A stretch of 54,577 bases of DNA, taken from Gammaproteobacteria bacterium (lineage in GTDB: Bacteria > Pseudomonadota > Gammaproteobacteria > Burkholderiales > Burkholderiaceae_E). Positions 45,061 through 54,577 of the stretch are shown here, in pieces. Both the position numbers and the translations under genes were made by a program. The stretch spans positions 1 through 54,577 of the forward strand of contig JBKHVS010000002.1 in assembly GCA_046569945.1 (NCBI GenBank). The letters run 5' to 3'. Positions within the stretch are counted from its first letter, which is position 1; the number at the start of each line of letters is the position of its first letter. The notes under the pieces were generated by a model, which was not told the DNA's origin, ran no database searches, and worked only from the letters and a program-made list of their open reading frames with translations.

Positions 45061-46197
45061 TCAGCGCGTGAACGCAGCCAGCCGCTCCGCGGCCGCCGCG
45101 AAGTCTTCCATGAATTCGTGCACCACCTGCCGCGAGCTGAGCGGCTGGTTCATCAGGCCCACGCCCTGCCCAACCCAGTAGGTGGCCAGCGCCTTCGCGC
45201 CCTCGTCCCCCTGCTGCGAGAGCTTGTCGATCAGCTCGAGCGCCGGCCCGCTCACCAGTCCCTGCAGCGGCATCGGCAGCGGGTCCGGTGCGCCGGGCGC
45301 CTGCCATGCATCGGTCCAGGGCGAGCGCAGCTGGCGGGTGTACTTGCCGGTGCGGCTGCGCGAGCGCACCGTCTGGCGCGAGTCGGCCTCGAGCATCTTC
45401 TGCTTGACCACCGGGTTGGTCTCCGCCTCGCGCGTGGTCAGCCACACCGAGCCGCACCAGGCGCCGTCCGCGCCCATCGCCATGCAGGCGGCCATCTGCC
45501 GGCCGGTGACGACGCCGCCTGCGGCGAGCACGAACACGTCCGGGTGGTCCCGCACCGCGTCGAGCACCTCGGGCACCAGCACGATGGTGGCGACCTCGCC
45601 GCAGTGCCCGCCGGCCTCGCCGCCCGCGGCCACCAGCACGTCGACGCCCGCCTGCACGTGCTTGAGGGCGTGCTCGCGCGCGCCGGTCAGCGCGCCCACC
45701 AGCACGCCCTTCTCGCGCGCCGCCTGCATCATGAACGGCGGCGGCACGCCCAGCGCATTGACCACCAGCTTCACGTTCGGATGGCGCAGCGCCTCCTCCA
45801 GCACGCCGCGCGCGCCGGCCTCGCGAAGGTTGTCGCCGAAGCCCTCGCCGACGGGCGCGCTCCACAGGTTCGCGGTCTCGATGCCGTGCGCCTTCAGGAT
45901 GCCCTCGACGTGCCGGCGGTGCTCCGGCGGCACCCGCGCCTCGAGGTCGGCGGGCGTGAGGCCGCCCTCCTTGGCGTCGAGCTTGTTCGGCACGATGAGG
46001 TCAACGCCGTAGGGCGCGCCGCCCACCTGCGCGTCGAGCCAGTCGAGCTCGATCTTCACGCTCTCGGGCGTGTGCCCGACCACGCCCAGCACGCCGAAGC
46101 CGCCGGCCTTGCTGACCTCCGCGACCACGTCGCGGCAGTGGCTGAACGCGAACAGCGGGAACTCGATGCCCAGCCGCTTGCAGAGTTTCGTATCCAA
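45061..46197 (-). CDS. Nitronate monooxygenase / enoyl-ACP reductase II-like FMN flavoprotein (378 aa)
   Basis: PLFAFSHCRDVV, GGEAGGHCG, VLAAGGV and GAWCGSVWL. TTG start 46197 follows AGGAG. Confidence 0.9.
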   Translation of the reverse strand: MDTKLCKRLGIEFPLFAFSHCRDVVAEVSKAGGFGVLGVVGHTPESVKIELDWLDAQVGGAPYGVDLIVPNKLDAKEGGLTPADLEARVPPEHRRHVEGILKAHGIETANLWSAPVGEGFGDNLREAGARGVLEEALRHPNVKLVVNALGVPPPFMMQAAREKGVLVGALTGAREHALKHVQAGVDVLVAAGGEAGGHCGEVATIVLVPEVLDAVRDHPDVFVLAAGGVVTGRQMAACMAMGADGAWCGSVWLTTREAETNPVVKQKMLEADSRQTVRSRSRTGKYTRQLRSPWTDAWQAPGAPDPLPMPLQGLVSGPALELIDKLSQQGDEGAKALATYWVGQGVGLMNQPLSSRQVVHEFMEDFAAAAERLAAFTR

Positions 46198-46273
46198 GGT
46201 CGGTCTCCTGTGGTGATGTCGGTCCGGGGGCGCCGGGGCGCCGCGCACGCCCGCCGGGGAGCGCGCGGCCGGG

Positions 46274-47248
46274 TCATCCGGACGCGGCCCCGCGCCCGGA
46301 GCGCAGCAGCCGCCGCAGCGGCTCGACGAACCCGATCAGTCCTTTGGGGAACAGCGCGAGCGTGGCGATCAGCACGCTGCCCAGGATGATCTTGTCGGCG
46401 TAGCCGCCCAGCGAGAGGAACTTTTCCTGGAACTGCACCAGGAACACCGCGAGCAGCGGCCCGAGCAGCAGGCGCCGCCCCACCAGCACCACCGCGGTCA
46501 GCATCAGGATCAGGAAGTAGGCGTCGAGGACGTCGGCGCTGACGTAGGCGCGCTGGTAGGCGTAAAGCCATCCTGCCGAGGCGGTGATCGGCGCCGAGGC
46601 GAGGAACACGCGCAGGCGGACCTGCTGGGGGTCGATCCCGGAGACGATCGCCAGCCGCGGGTTCAGATGCGTCATGACCGCGGCAGAGCCCAGTCGCGAC
46701 TTCCGGAAGCGGTCCACCAGGTACAGGGTGACCGCGAGCAGGCCGAACGCCACCGGCCAGAGCTCGCGGTCGTTGCCGGCAGTGATGGCCAGGCCCGGGA
46801 GCGACAGGTCGAGCACCGGAATGCCGCGCACCCCGTCGGAGCCGCCGAGGAACTCCCAGTTCTGCGCGACGGTGGAGGCCACCACCGCGATCGCGTAGGT
46901 GACCAGCGAGAACACGAACTCGCGCAGCCGCAGCGTGACCAGCCCGAGCGCTGCGGCGAAGGCCAGCGCCATGGCCACGGACGCGGCCAGCGTCGCCCAG
47001 CCGCCGAAGCCCGCGCGGGTGGAGAGCAGCGCGGTGGTGTAGCAGCCCACCGCGAAGAACACCGTGTGCGCCAGGCTCACTTCGCCGAGGTCTGAAACGA
47101 TCAGGTCCAGCCCGTAGGCCATCACCGCGAAGATCGCGATCAGCACCGCGGCGCTGTAGACCGCGCTGGATCCGCCGGCCAGGCCGGGGGCGAAGAAGGC
47201 CGCGACGCCCAGGACGAGCAGTGCGAGGACACGGGCGGTGGTGTTCAT
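46274..47248 (-). CDS. Branched-chain amino acid-type ABC permease (LivM-like)
   Basis: GEVSLAHTVFFAVG, LRLREFVFSLVT, LGGSDG and FPKGL. Start ATG 47248. Confidence 0.88.
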   Translation of the reverse strand: MNTTARVLALLVLGVAAFFAPGLAGGSSAVYSAAVLIAIFAVMAYGLDLIVSDLGEVSLAHTVFFAVGCYTTALLSTRAGFGGWATLAASVAMALAFAAALGLVTLRLREFVFSLVTYAIAVVASTVAQNWEFLGGSDGVRGIPVLDLSLPGLAITAGNDRELWPVAFGLLAVTLYLVDRFRKSRLGSAAVMTHLNPRLAIVSGIDPQQVRLRVFLASAPITASAGWLYAYQRAYVSADVLDAYFLILMLTAVVLVGRRLLLGPLLAVFLVQFQEKFLSLGGYADKIILGSVLIATLALFPKGLIGFVEPLRRLLRSGRGAASG

Positions 47249-47325
47249 CGGAGAGGTTCCATTGCGGCGGGAAGGCGCAGGCCGGCAGGACGCACGCCGG
47301 ATTCGGTCGGCGCGCGCATCTGCGG

Positions 47326-48180
47326 TCAGCGGGCCGCGAGCCCGCCGGGCCGCAGCACCAGCACGGCGATCAGCACCGCGAAGGCGGCCGCCGTCGTGTA
47401 GGCGGGCGACACCAGCGCGCCGAACAGCGCGGTGAACAGGCCGAGCGCGATGCCTGCGAGGTAGCTGCCCAGCACGCTGCCGATGCCGCCCAGCACGACG
47501 ACGACGAAGGTCATGATGACCTCCTCGAAGCCCATCGACGTGAGGATGGGAGTGCGCGGGCCGACCATGGCGCCGGCCAGGGCCACTGCCGCGCCCTCGA
47601 AGGCGAACACGCCCAGGTAGACGTTGCGGATGTTCACGCCCGCCAGCTCGGCCAGCTTGGGATCCTCGGCCACCATGCGCACCAGCCGGCCGACCCTCGT
47701 GCGGTCGAGCACCAGCTTGAGCAGCGTGAACTCGACGATTGCGACCAGGATGATCGCCACGTCCTGCCAGGACAGCCACAGGTCGCCGAAGACGATCTCC
47801 CGCTGCGCGAGCGGAGTGTCGAGGATCTGCCCCGTCGACCCGAAGACCAGCGCGGCGCCGCCGTGCAGCACGTAGCCGAAGCCCAGCGTCATGATCATGA
47901 TCGACACCAGGTTCTGCTCGATCGTGGCCTTGAGCATCACGCGCTGCAGCACCAGGCCCACCAGGATGCCGGCGGCCATCGCGACCGGGATGGCCACCAG
48001 GTAGGGCAGCCCCAGCCCCGCGATCGCCCACCAGCAGACGAAGGCGCCGAGCATGTACATCTGGCCGTGGCCGAAATTGACCAGCCGCGCCACGCCCAGC
48101 AGCACGGTCCAGCCGATCGCCACCAGCGCGAAGGCATGGCCCAGCACCAGCCCGTTGATCAACTGCTGGCCGAGATTCAA
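47326..48180 (-). CDS. Branched-chain amino acid-type ABC permease (LivH-like)
   Basis: QQLINGL..G..ALVAIG, LVNFGHG, VVVLGGIGS and RPGGL. Confidence 0.92.
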   Translation of the reverse strand: MNLGQQLINGLVLGHAFALVAIGWTVLLGVARLVNFGHGQMYMLGAFVCWWAIAGLGLPYLVAIPVAMAAGILVGLVLQRVMLKATIEQNLVSIMIMTLGFGYVLHGGAALVFGSTGQILDTPLAQREIVFGDLWLSWQDVAIILVAIVEFTLLKLVLDRTRVGRLVRMVAEDPKLAELAGVNIRNVYLGVFAFEGAAVALAGAMVGPRTPILTSMGFEEVIMTFVVVVLGGIGSVLGSYLAGIALGLFTALFGALVSPAYTTAAAFAVLIAVLVLRPGGLAAR

Positions 48181-48917
48181 TCGACACCCCCGCCCAGGTA
48201 GGCTTCCGCGATCCGCGGATCGTCACGCATCTCCGCCGCCGGCCCCTCGACCACGACACGGCCGCGCTCCAGCAGCACGAGCCGGTCGACCACCTCGATG
48301 GCAGCCCGCACGTTCTGTTCGACCAGCAGGATGGCCAGCCCGGAGGACGCCAGGGTGCGCATCGTGGAGAGCACCGCGGACACCAGCCGCGGCGCCAGCC
48401 CGATCGAGGGTTCGTCCAGCATCAGCACCCGCGGGCCCAGCATCAGCGCGCGGCCGATGCCCAGCATCTGGCGCTCGCCGCCGGAGAGCTGGCTGCCCAG
48501 GTGGCCGCGCCGCTCGCGCAGCCGGGGGAACAGCCCGAACACCTCCTCGCGGTCGTAGATGTGCCGCCCCGGCGAAGCCTCGATGCGCGCCGGCATCGTC
48601 AGGTTCTCGTCGACGCTCATCTGCCCGAACACCAGCTTGCCCTCGGGGACCAGAAGCAGTCCGGCGCGCGCGCGCAGGTGCGGGGGCATTCCCGACACGT
48701 CCTGGCCGCCCAGGCGCACCGTTCCCGAGACCCGCGGTGCGCCGCGCGACCAGCCCGCCAGCGCGTTCACCAGCGTGGACTTGCCCGCTCCGTTGGCGCC
48801 GACCACGCCCAGCACCTCACCCGGGCGCAGCGACAGCGCGTCGAGATCGAGCGCGGCATTGCCTCCGTAGGCAACCTTCAGGCCGGCGGCCTCCAGCACC
48901 GGCGCAGCCGGGCTCAT
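48177..48917 (-). CDS. ABC ATP-binding protein (LivF-like)
   Basis: GANGAGKST, FPRLRER, LSGGERQML, LDEPSIGLAP, VEQN and AYLG. Confidence 0.92.
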   Translation of the reverse strand: MSPAAPVLEAAGLKVAYGGNAALDLDALSLRPGEVLGVVGANGAGKSTLVNALAGWSRGAPRVSGTVRLGGQDVSGMPPHLRARAGLLLVPEGKLVFGQMSVDENLTMPARIEASPGRHIYDREEVFGLFPRLRERRGHLGSQLSGGERQMLGIGRALMLGPRVLMLDEPSIGLAPRLVSAVLSTMRTLASSGLAILLVEQNVRAAIEVVDRLVLLERGRVVVEGPAAEMRDDPRIAEAYLGGGVD

Positions 48918-49690
48918 GCGGCGCGCCCCAGGTAGGCCTCGAGCACCGCGGGGTCCTTCTGCACCTCGCGCGGCGTGCCGCTGGCGATGCAGCGCCCCTG
49001 GTCGAGCACCACGATGCGGTCGGCGACAGCCATGATCAGGTCCATGTGATGCTCGATGACCACCAGCGCCAGGCCCTGCTCCTTGAGCGCGCGCAGCAGC
49101 CGGACCAGCTGCTCCATGTCGGCGCCGCCCAGCCCCGCGCCGGGCTCGTCCAGAAGCAGCGCGCGGGCGCTGGAGCCATGGGCCAGCGCGACCGACAGCA
49201 TGCGTTGAGTGCCGTACGGAATGGCGGTGGGCATGCGGTGGTGATACTCGGCGCCCACGCCGAAACGCTCCAGCGTGGCGACCGCGTCGGCAGTGGCCGC
49301 CCGCCTGCGCCGCGCCGCGGCGAAGGGCGCCAGCGTGGAAGCGAGCAGGCCTGTGCCCGCCGCCTCGTGCATCACGGCGAGCATGTTGTCGAGCACCGTG
49401 AGCTCGTGGAAGAAGGCGTTCTGCTGGAAGGCCCGCTTGAGCCCGCGCTCCGGCAGCCGGTGCGCCGGCACTGCGGTGACGTCGGCGCCGTCGAGGAACA
49501 CGCTGCCGCGGCGCGGCACCATGGCGGTGACCGCGTCGTAGCAGGAACTCTTGCCCGCGCCGTTGGGTCCGATGATGCCGAGCAGCTCGCCCGCCGCCAC
49601 CGACCAGGAAACGTCGTCGAGGGCGGTGAGCGCCCCGTAGCTGACGCCCAGCCCCTCGACCCGCAGCACGGGCCCCTTCTGCGCAGTCAC
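48914..49690 (-). CDS. ABC ATP-binding protein (LivG-like)
   Basis: GPNGAGKS, PYGTQR, LLDEP, IEHHM and DPAVLEAYLG. Confidence 0.92.
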   Translation of the reverse strand: MTAQKGPVLRVEGLGVSYGALTALDDVSWSVAAGELLGIIGPNGAGKSSCYDAVTAMVPRRGSVFLDGADVTAVPAHRLPERGLKRAFQQNAFFHELTVLDNMLAVMHEAAGTGLLASTLAPFAAARRRRAATADAVATLERFGVGAEYHHRMPTAIPYGTQRMLSVALAHGSSARALLLDEPGAGLGGADMEQLVRLLRALKEQGLALVVIEHHMDLIMAVADRIVVLDQGRCIASGTPREVQKDPAVLEAYLGRAA

Positions 49691-49712
49691 TTCGCCGACC
49701 GCCGGGCCGTCT

Positions 49713-50852
49713 TCACTGCTCGACCACCATCTTGCGGTCCTTGATCGTGAAGATGTAGTGCCGCGTCGCCAGCTGGCCGTTGGGCGCGAAGTTCATCTCG
49801 CCGAGGATGGTGTCCTTGAAGCTGCCGCCGCGGATGCGCTTGGCGATCGCCTCGCGGTCCAGCGTCTTGAGCTCGTTGGCGGCCTGCGCCCAGACCTGCA
49901 GCGCCGCCGCGCCCAGCGCCATGAACTTGTCCGGCGTCAGCTTGTGCATCTGCTGGACCTTGGCGATGTAGCGCTGGTTGACCGGGTTGGAGGCGAAGGG
50001 CTCGACGTCCGGGAAGTAGATGTCGGCGCCCACCACTCCATTCGCGGCGTCGCCGGCCACCGCGATCACGCTGGGCGCCATCGTGCCCACCGCGGCCACC
50101 ACCTGGCCGCCGAGCCGGGCCTGTTTTGCCTGCCGGATCATCGCCGGCATGCCCAGCCCTTCGCTGGCGTTGATGAACACGGTGACGTCGGGGTTGGCGG
50201 CGCGGACGTTGGTGATCGCCACCCGGAAATCCGCCTGGGTGAACGGGAACTTCTCCTCGGCCACCTTCTCGTAGGCATGGCCGAGCTTCTTCAGCTCGCC
50301 CTCGATCGAGGCCTGGGCGCCGTTGCCGTAGGCGTCGTTCTGGGTCATGAAGGCGACCCGCTTCGCCTTCGCCCGCTTGGCGATGTAGGCGGCGATCACC
50401 GCGCCGTCCTGGGAGTTGGAGCTGTTCAGGCGCACCGCGAGCGGGTTGCCCTCGCCCGACAGGATGGGATCGGCCTTGGAGATCGCGGTGATGTCGAGCA
50501 CGCCCGCGCGGCTGAGCACCGGCTGCATCGCCAGCGTCACCGGGCTGTTCCAGCCCTCGATGATCACCGAGACGCCCGCCGAGATGAGCTCGTTGGCGCG
50601 CGACACGCCGACGGCCGGGGTGGACTCGTCGTCGCGGGCGACGATCTCGATCTTGCGGCCCATCACGCCGCCCGACTCGTTGATCAGCGCCGCCATCGCC
50701 TCGATGGACTGCACCAGGTGCTGACCCTGCGGCCCCGCGCCGCCGCTGAGCGGGAAGATGGTGCCGACCTTGATCGGCTGGGCCTGGGCCGCGCCGGACA
50801 GCGCGGCGAGTGCGAACGCGGCTGCCGCCGCCATGCTGCGAACAAGCTTCAT
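49713..50852 (-). CDS. Liv-type ABC substrate-binding protein (379 aa)
   Basis: Signal peptide, IKVGTIFPLSG, INESGGVMGRKIE...DDESTP and NDAYG. GGAGGAG RBS before ATG 50852. Confidence 0.92.
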   Translation of the reverse strand: MKLVRSMAAAAAFALAALSGAAQAQPIKVGTIFPLSGGAGPQGQHLVQSIEAMAALINESGGVMGRKIEIVARDDESTPAVGVSRANELISAGVSVIIEGWNSPVTLAMQPVLSRAGVLDITAISKADPILSGEGNPLAVRLNSSNSQDGAVIAAYIAKRAKAKRVAFMTQNDAYGNGAQASIEGELKKLGHAYEKVAEEKFPFTQADFRVAITNVRAANPDVTVFINASEGLGMPAMIRQAKQARLGGQVVAAVGTMAPSVIAVAGDAANGVVGADIYFPDVEPFASNPVNQRYIAKVQQMHKLTPDKFMALGAAALQVWAQAANELKTLDREAIAKRIRGGSFKDTILGEMNFAPNGQLATRHYIFTIKDRKMVVEQ

Positions 50853-50988
50853 CTCGTCTCCTCCAGAGTTCCGTGGGACCGGACCTGCTGCGCGCGCGCC
50901 CCGTGTCTCCGGAACTGCGGCGCCGTTTCTCCTGCGGCGAGTGTACGTCCAGTGGTTATGATCGGCACATGCCTTCGAGGAATCCCTG

Positions 50989-52083
50989 ATGTCGAAACCG
51001 ACCGTTCTGATCGCGGGCGCCACCGGCGTCGTCGGCCACGCCGCGCTGGAGCACTTCTCGCGCGACGGCGGCTGGGAGGTCATCGCCGTCTCGCGCCGCA
51101 GCCCGGAGCTGCCTGAGGGCTTCGCCGGACGGCACCTGGCCCTGGACCTCGCCGACGCGCAGGCCTGCCGGGCGGCGGTGGCCTCGATGCCGCGCGTGAC
51201 GCACCTGGTGTATGCCGCGCTCTACGAGAAACCCGGCCTGGTGCGCGGCTGGCGCGAACACGACCAGATGCAGCTCAACCTCGCGATGCTGCGCAACCTG
51301 CTCGATCCGCTGTGCGCGGCGGGCGGCCTGCAGCACGTCAGCCTGCTGCAGGGAACCAAGGCCTACGGCGTGCACCTGCATCCGGTGGCGATCCCGGCCC
51401 GCGAGAGCAGCCCGCGGGATCCGCACGAGAACTTCTACTGGCTGCAGGAAGACCACCTGCGCGACGCCGCCGCGCGTCACGGCTTCGCATTCACCATCTG
51501 GCGGCCGCAGCTGGTCTTCGGCGACCAGCTCGGCGTGGCGATGAACCTGATCCCGGTGATCGGCGCCTGCGCCACGGTCTGCCGCGAGCTCGGCCTGCCG
51601 ATGGGCTATCCGGGCGGCCCCTCGAACATCCTCGAGGCGACCGACGCGCGGCTGCTCGCCCGCGCCTTCGCCTGGGCCGCCGGATCGCCGGCCGCGCGCG
51701 GCGAGACCTTCAACGTGACCAACGGCGACGTCTTCGTCTGGCGCAACGTCTGGCCGGCGATCTGCGACGCGCTCGGCGTGGCCCAGGGCCCGGACGCGCC
51801 CATGTCGGTGGCCCGGTGGCTGCCCGAGCAGGCCGACGCCTGGGATCGCGCCGTGGCCCGGCACGGGCTCAGGCCGGTGCCGCTGCCGGCGCTGCTCGGC
51901 GAATCGCATCACTACGCCGATTTCTGCTTCGGCTTCCATGCCCGGGAGGCGCCCCCGCCGGTCATCGTCAGCACGATCAGGCTGCGCGAGGCCGGGTTCG
52001 GCGACTGCATCGACACCGAGCGGATGTTCCGGGAGTGGATCGTGGTGCTGCAGGCGAAGCGCGTGCTGCCGCCGCCGGGCTGA
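50989..52083 (+). CDS. Atypical SDR, PRISE-like (progesterone 5beta-reductase/iridoid synthase family)
   Basis: IAGATGVVG, VSRR, THLVY, QGTKAYG, NFYWLQED, WRPQLVFG and FNVTNGDVFVW. Confidence 0.85.
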   Translation: MSKPTVLIAGATGVVGHAALEHFSRDGGWEVIAVSRRSPELPEGFAGRHLALDLADAQACRAAVASMPRVTHLVYAALYEKPGLVRGWREHDQMQLNLAMLRNLLDPLCAAGGLQHVSLLQGTKAYGVHLHPVAIPARESSPRDPHENFYWLQEDHLRDAAARHGFAFTIWRPQLVFGDQLGVAMNLIPVIGACATVCRELGLPMGYPGGPSNILEATDARLLARAFAWAAGSPAARGETFNVTNGDVFVWRNVWPAICDALGVAQGPDAPMSVARWLPEQADAWDRAVARHGLRPVPLPALLGESHHYADFCFGFHAREAPPPVIVSTIRLREAGFGDCIDTERMFREWIVVLQAKRVLPPPG

Positions 52084-52211
52084 ACAATCCAGCCGGTCCG
52101 TGCCTGCGGGCGCGCGGACCGATTTCCAGCGTGCAGGCGGCGGGTGCGCGAGCGGCGGCGGTATGCTGCGCGCACGGCATTGCCCACCGAACCGCACCAA
52201 GGAGCCCCCCC

Positions 52212-52967
52212 ATGACCGACCTCGTCCTGCGCGAAGACCGCGACGGCCTCGCCACCCTCACGCTCAACCGCCCCGACAAGCTCAACGCGCTGACGGTCGC
52301 CGTCTTCGAGCAGCTGCACGAGCACGTGCGCAGGCTCGCCACCGAGACCGAAAGCATCGGCCTCGTCGTGCTGCGCGGCGCCGGCAAGTGCTTCTCGGCC
52401 GGTCACGACCTGGCCGACATCTCCGCGGGCGAGCGCCCGCCCAAGCCCAGCTTCCAGGCCGACGTCATCGAGGCGCTGGCCAGCCTGCCCCAGCCGGTGA
52501 TCACCGCGGTGCACGGTCACTGCTACACCGGTGCGCTGGAGCTCGCGCTGGCCGGCGACATGATCGTGGCAGCGGAGTCCGCGAAGTTTGCCGACACGCA
52601 TGCGCGCTGGGCGCTGACGCCGGTCTGGGGCATGAGCCAGCGGCTGCCGCGGCGCGTCGGCATCGCCAAGGCCCAGGAGATGACCTACACCGCGCGCACC
52701 TACACCGGCCGCGAGGCGGTCGACATGGGCCTGGCCAACTGGTGCGCGCCGGACGCAGGCTTCGACGCGGAACTCGAGAAGTTCGCCCGCAGCATCCTCG
52801 CGAATTCCTGGTTCAGCCTGCGCGCCAACAAGCGTCTCTACATGGAGACCGAGGGCATGCCGCTGCGCGCCGGCCTGTCCTACGAGATCCACCGCACTGA
52901 GGGCCGCGGCCCCGACATGCAGGCCCGCATCGAGGGCTTCAAGAACAAGACCAGCAAGGTCTCGTGA
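52212..52967 (+). CDS. Enoyl-CoA hydratase/isomerase (251 aa)
   Basis: TLNRPDKLNAL, FSAGHDL, PQPVITAVHG and GALELALAGD. AAGGAG RBS. Confidence 0.92.
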   Translation: MTDLVLREDRDGLATLTLNRPDKLNALTVAVFEQLHEHVRRLATETESIGLVVLRGAGKCFSAGHDLADISAGERPPKPSFQADVIEALASLPQPVITAVHGHCYTGALELALAGDMIVAAESAKFADTHARWALTPVWGMSQRLPRRVGIAKAQEMTYTARTYTGREAVDMGLANWCAPDAGFDAELEKFARSILANSWFSLRANKRLYMETEGMPLRAGLSYEIHRTEGRGPDMQARIEGFKNKTSKVS

Positions 52968-52970
52968 GGC

Positions 52971-53438
52971 TCACTTCACCGGAATGGGCATCGACCGGTC
53001 GACCGGCACCGCGGTGACGCTGTTCTGCGGCGAACCTTCGATCACGCGCTCCGAGTAGGTCAGGTAGACAAGTGTGTTGCGGGTGCGGTCGACCATCCGC
53101 ACCACGCGCAGCTTCTTGAAGACCAGCGAGATGCGCTCGCTGAACATCTCCTCCTGCTCCGGCAGCGGGCCCTTGAACGAGATCGGGCCGACCTGCCGGC
53201 AGGCGAGCGAGGCCTCCGACCGATCCTCCGCGAGCCCCACCGCGCCCTTGATTCCGCCGGTCTTGGCGCGCGCGACGTAGCAGGTGACCCCGGCCACCCT
53301 GGGATCGTCATGCGCATCGACGACGATCTTGTGGTCCGGGCCGATCCACTTGAACACGGTGTCCACCTCGCCGATCTGCTCGGCCGAGGCGCTGGCGGCG
53401 AGCCCCAGCAGCAGCAAGGCTGCAACACGCTTGCTCAT
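52971..53438 (-). CDS. creA: CreA family protein
   Basis: [53 protein letters not shown] and [10 protein letters not shown]. Confidence 0.92.
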   Translation of the reverse strand: MSKRVAALLLLGLAASASAEQIGEVDTVFKWIGPDHKIVVDAHDDPRVAGVTCYVARAKTGGIKGAVGLAEDRSEASLACRQVGPISFKGPLPEQEEMFSERISLVFKKLRVVRMVDRTRNTLVYLTYSERVIEGSPQNSVTAVPVDRSMPIPVK

Positions 53439-53581
53439 CCGAGATCCTCCCTGGAAAAACGGCCAGCCTACCCGAAGCGGGCCGCGTCCGCCCGTGGCAC
53501 CGGCGGCCCGCGGCCGATGGCCGGTGGACCGGGACGCCGGTGGCTATACTGACCTGCCGCGCCCCGCAAAGGAGTCACCCC

Positions 53582-54208
53582 ATGATCACCCTCCACCACC
53601 TGAACGACTCCCGCTCGCAGCGCGTGCTCTGGCTGCTCGAGGAACTGGAGCTCCCCTACGAGATCGTCGTGCACCGCCGCGACCCGCACACGCGGCTCGC
53701 TCCGCCGGAACTGCGCGATGTCCATCCGCTGGGCAAGGCCCCGGTGATCGTCGACAAGGGGCGAACGATCATCGAGTCGGGCGCGATCGTCGACTACCTG
53801 GTGCGGCGCCACGGCGGCGGCCGGCTGCAGCCCGCGCCGGAGCATCCTGATTACGACGAGTACCAGCAGTGGCTGCACTACGCCGAGGGCTCGGCGATGC
53901 TGCCGCTGATGCTGCACCTGTACGTGTCGCGCCTGGGCGAGGCCGGCGCGCCGCTGTGGCCGCGCATCGAGAGCGAGATCGCCAACCACCTCGGCTACGT
54001 GAACGTCAGCCTCGAAGGCTGCGACTGGCTGCTCGGCGACACCTTCAGCGCCGCCGACATTCAGATGAGCTTCATCGGCGAAGTGGCGGGCAGCTACGGC
54101 AAGCGCAGCGCCTATCCCAGCCTCGACGCCTGGGTGCGCCGCATGCAGGACCGGCCAGCCTACCGGAAGGCGCTTGCGCGCGGGGGCGCCTACCGCTTCG
54201 CGGGCTGA
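53582..54208 (+). CDS. Glutathione S-transferase (GTT1-like; 208 aa)
   Basis: LHHLNDSRSQRVLWLLEEL, HPLGKAPV, ESGAI, HYAEGS and FSAADIQM. Confidence 0.94.
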   Translation: MITLHHLNDSRSQRVLWLLEELELPYEIVVHRRDPHTRLAPPELRDVHPLGKAPVIVDKGRTIIESGAIVDYLVRRHGGGRLQPAPEHPDYDEYQQWLHYAEGSAMLPLMLHLYVSRLGEAGAPLWPRIESEIANHLGYVNVSLEGCDWLLGDTFSAADIQMSFIGEVAGSYGKRSAYPSLDAWVRRMQDRPAYRKALARGGAYRFAG

Positions 54209-54577
54209 AGCACCAGCTCCGCGAGGATGTCCCCGTACTGGCCGATGGTGTAGCGGCCCGAGGCCCGGAACCAGGTCATCGCGCCCATGATCGCGCCGTG
54301 CAGCACGTGCGACGCGGCCACCGGCTCGCAGCGCAGCAGCGCCTCGCGCTCGCAGTCATCCCGGACCGCGCGCCAGATTTCCGCGTAGCGCCGGCGCAGC
54401 ATCGTGAACTCCGGGCGCGCCGCCTCGGGCACCTCGCGCCACTCCATGAAGAGCACGGCGTGGTAGTCCCTGCTGGGCTCGGCCACCACGCAGTCGAGCT
54501 CCAGCGCGATCAGCGCGCGCAGCCGCTGCGCCGCGCCCGGGTGGCGCGACACGATGTCCTCCGCCTTCAGGCACACC
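54190..54577 (-). CDS. TetR/AcrR-family regulator, C-terminal part (5' end beyond the window)
   Basis: RLRALI, LRRRYAEIW and GAMTWFRASGRY resemble TetR C-terminal domains (KstR2/PaaR-like). The HTH is not visible. Confidence 0.7.
   Translation of the reverse strand, partial: VCLKAEDIVSRHPGAAQRLRALIALELDCVVAEPSRDYHAVLFMEWREVPEAARPEFTMLRRRYAEIWRAVRDDCEREALLRCEPVAASHVLHGAIMGAMTWFRASGRYTIGQYGDILAELVLQPAKR

Overview
A 54.6-kb, very GC-rich, gene-dense chromosomal segment. Gene content suggests a Burkholderiales-like betaproteobacterium (inferred). About 47 genes can be called. Most serve acyl-CoA and organic-acid catabolism: 4 acyl-CoA ligases, 3 acyl-CoA dehydrogenases, 2 crotonases, ALDH, beta-hydroxyacid dehydrogenase, tcuAB, a lactonase and amidohydrolases. 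There are three ABC systems (PhnD-like, Mla/Pqi-like, Liv-like). Other elements are a hipBA module with three phased operators, an orphan Phd/YefM antitoxin, and an alx/terC gene behind a yybP-ykoY Mn2+ riboswitch. The most interesting region is ~29.9-37.7 kb, a selenium-associated locus. It holds a frameshifted senA-like selenoneine synthase, egtD, and a divergent operon. That operon has a putative selenate-type PhnD/C/E/E transporter translationally coupled to an uncharacterised ATP-grasp ligase, followed by a YHS-(seleno)protein-family lipoprotein. senB and selD/senC are absent from the window. I saw no rRNA, tRNA, CRISPR array, IS or integrase. All family assignments come from motif recognition by eye, not database searches.
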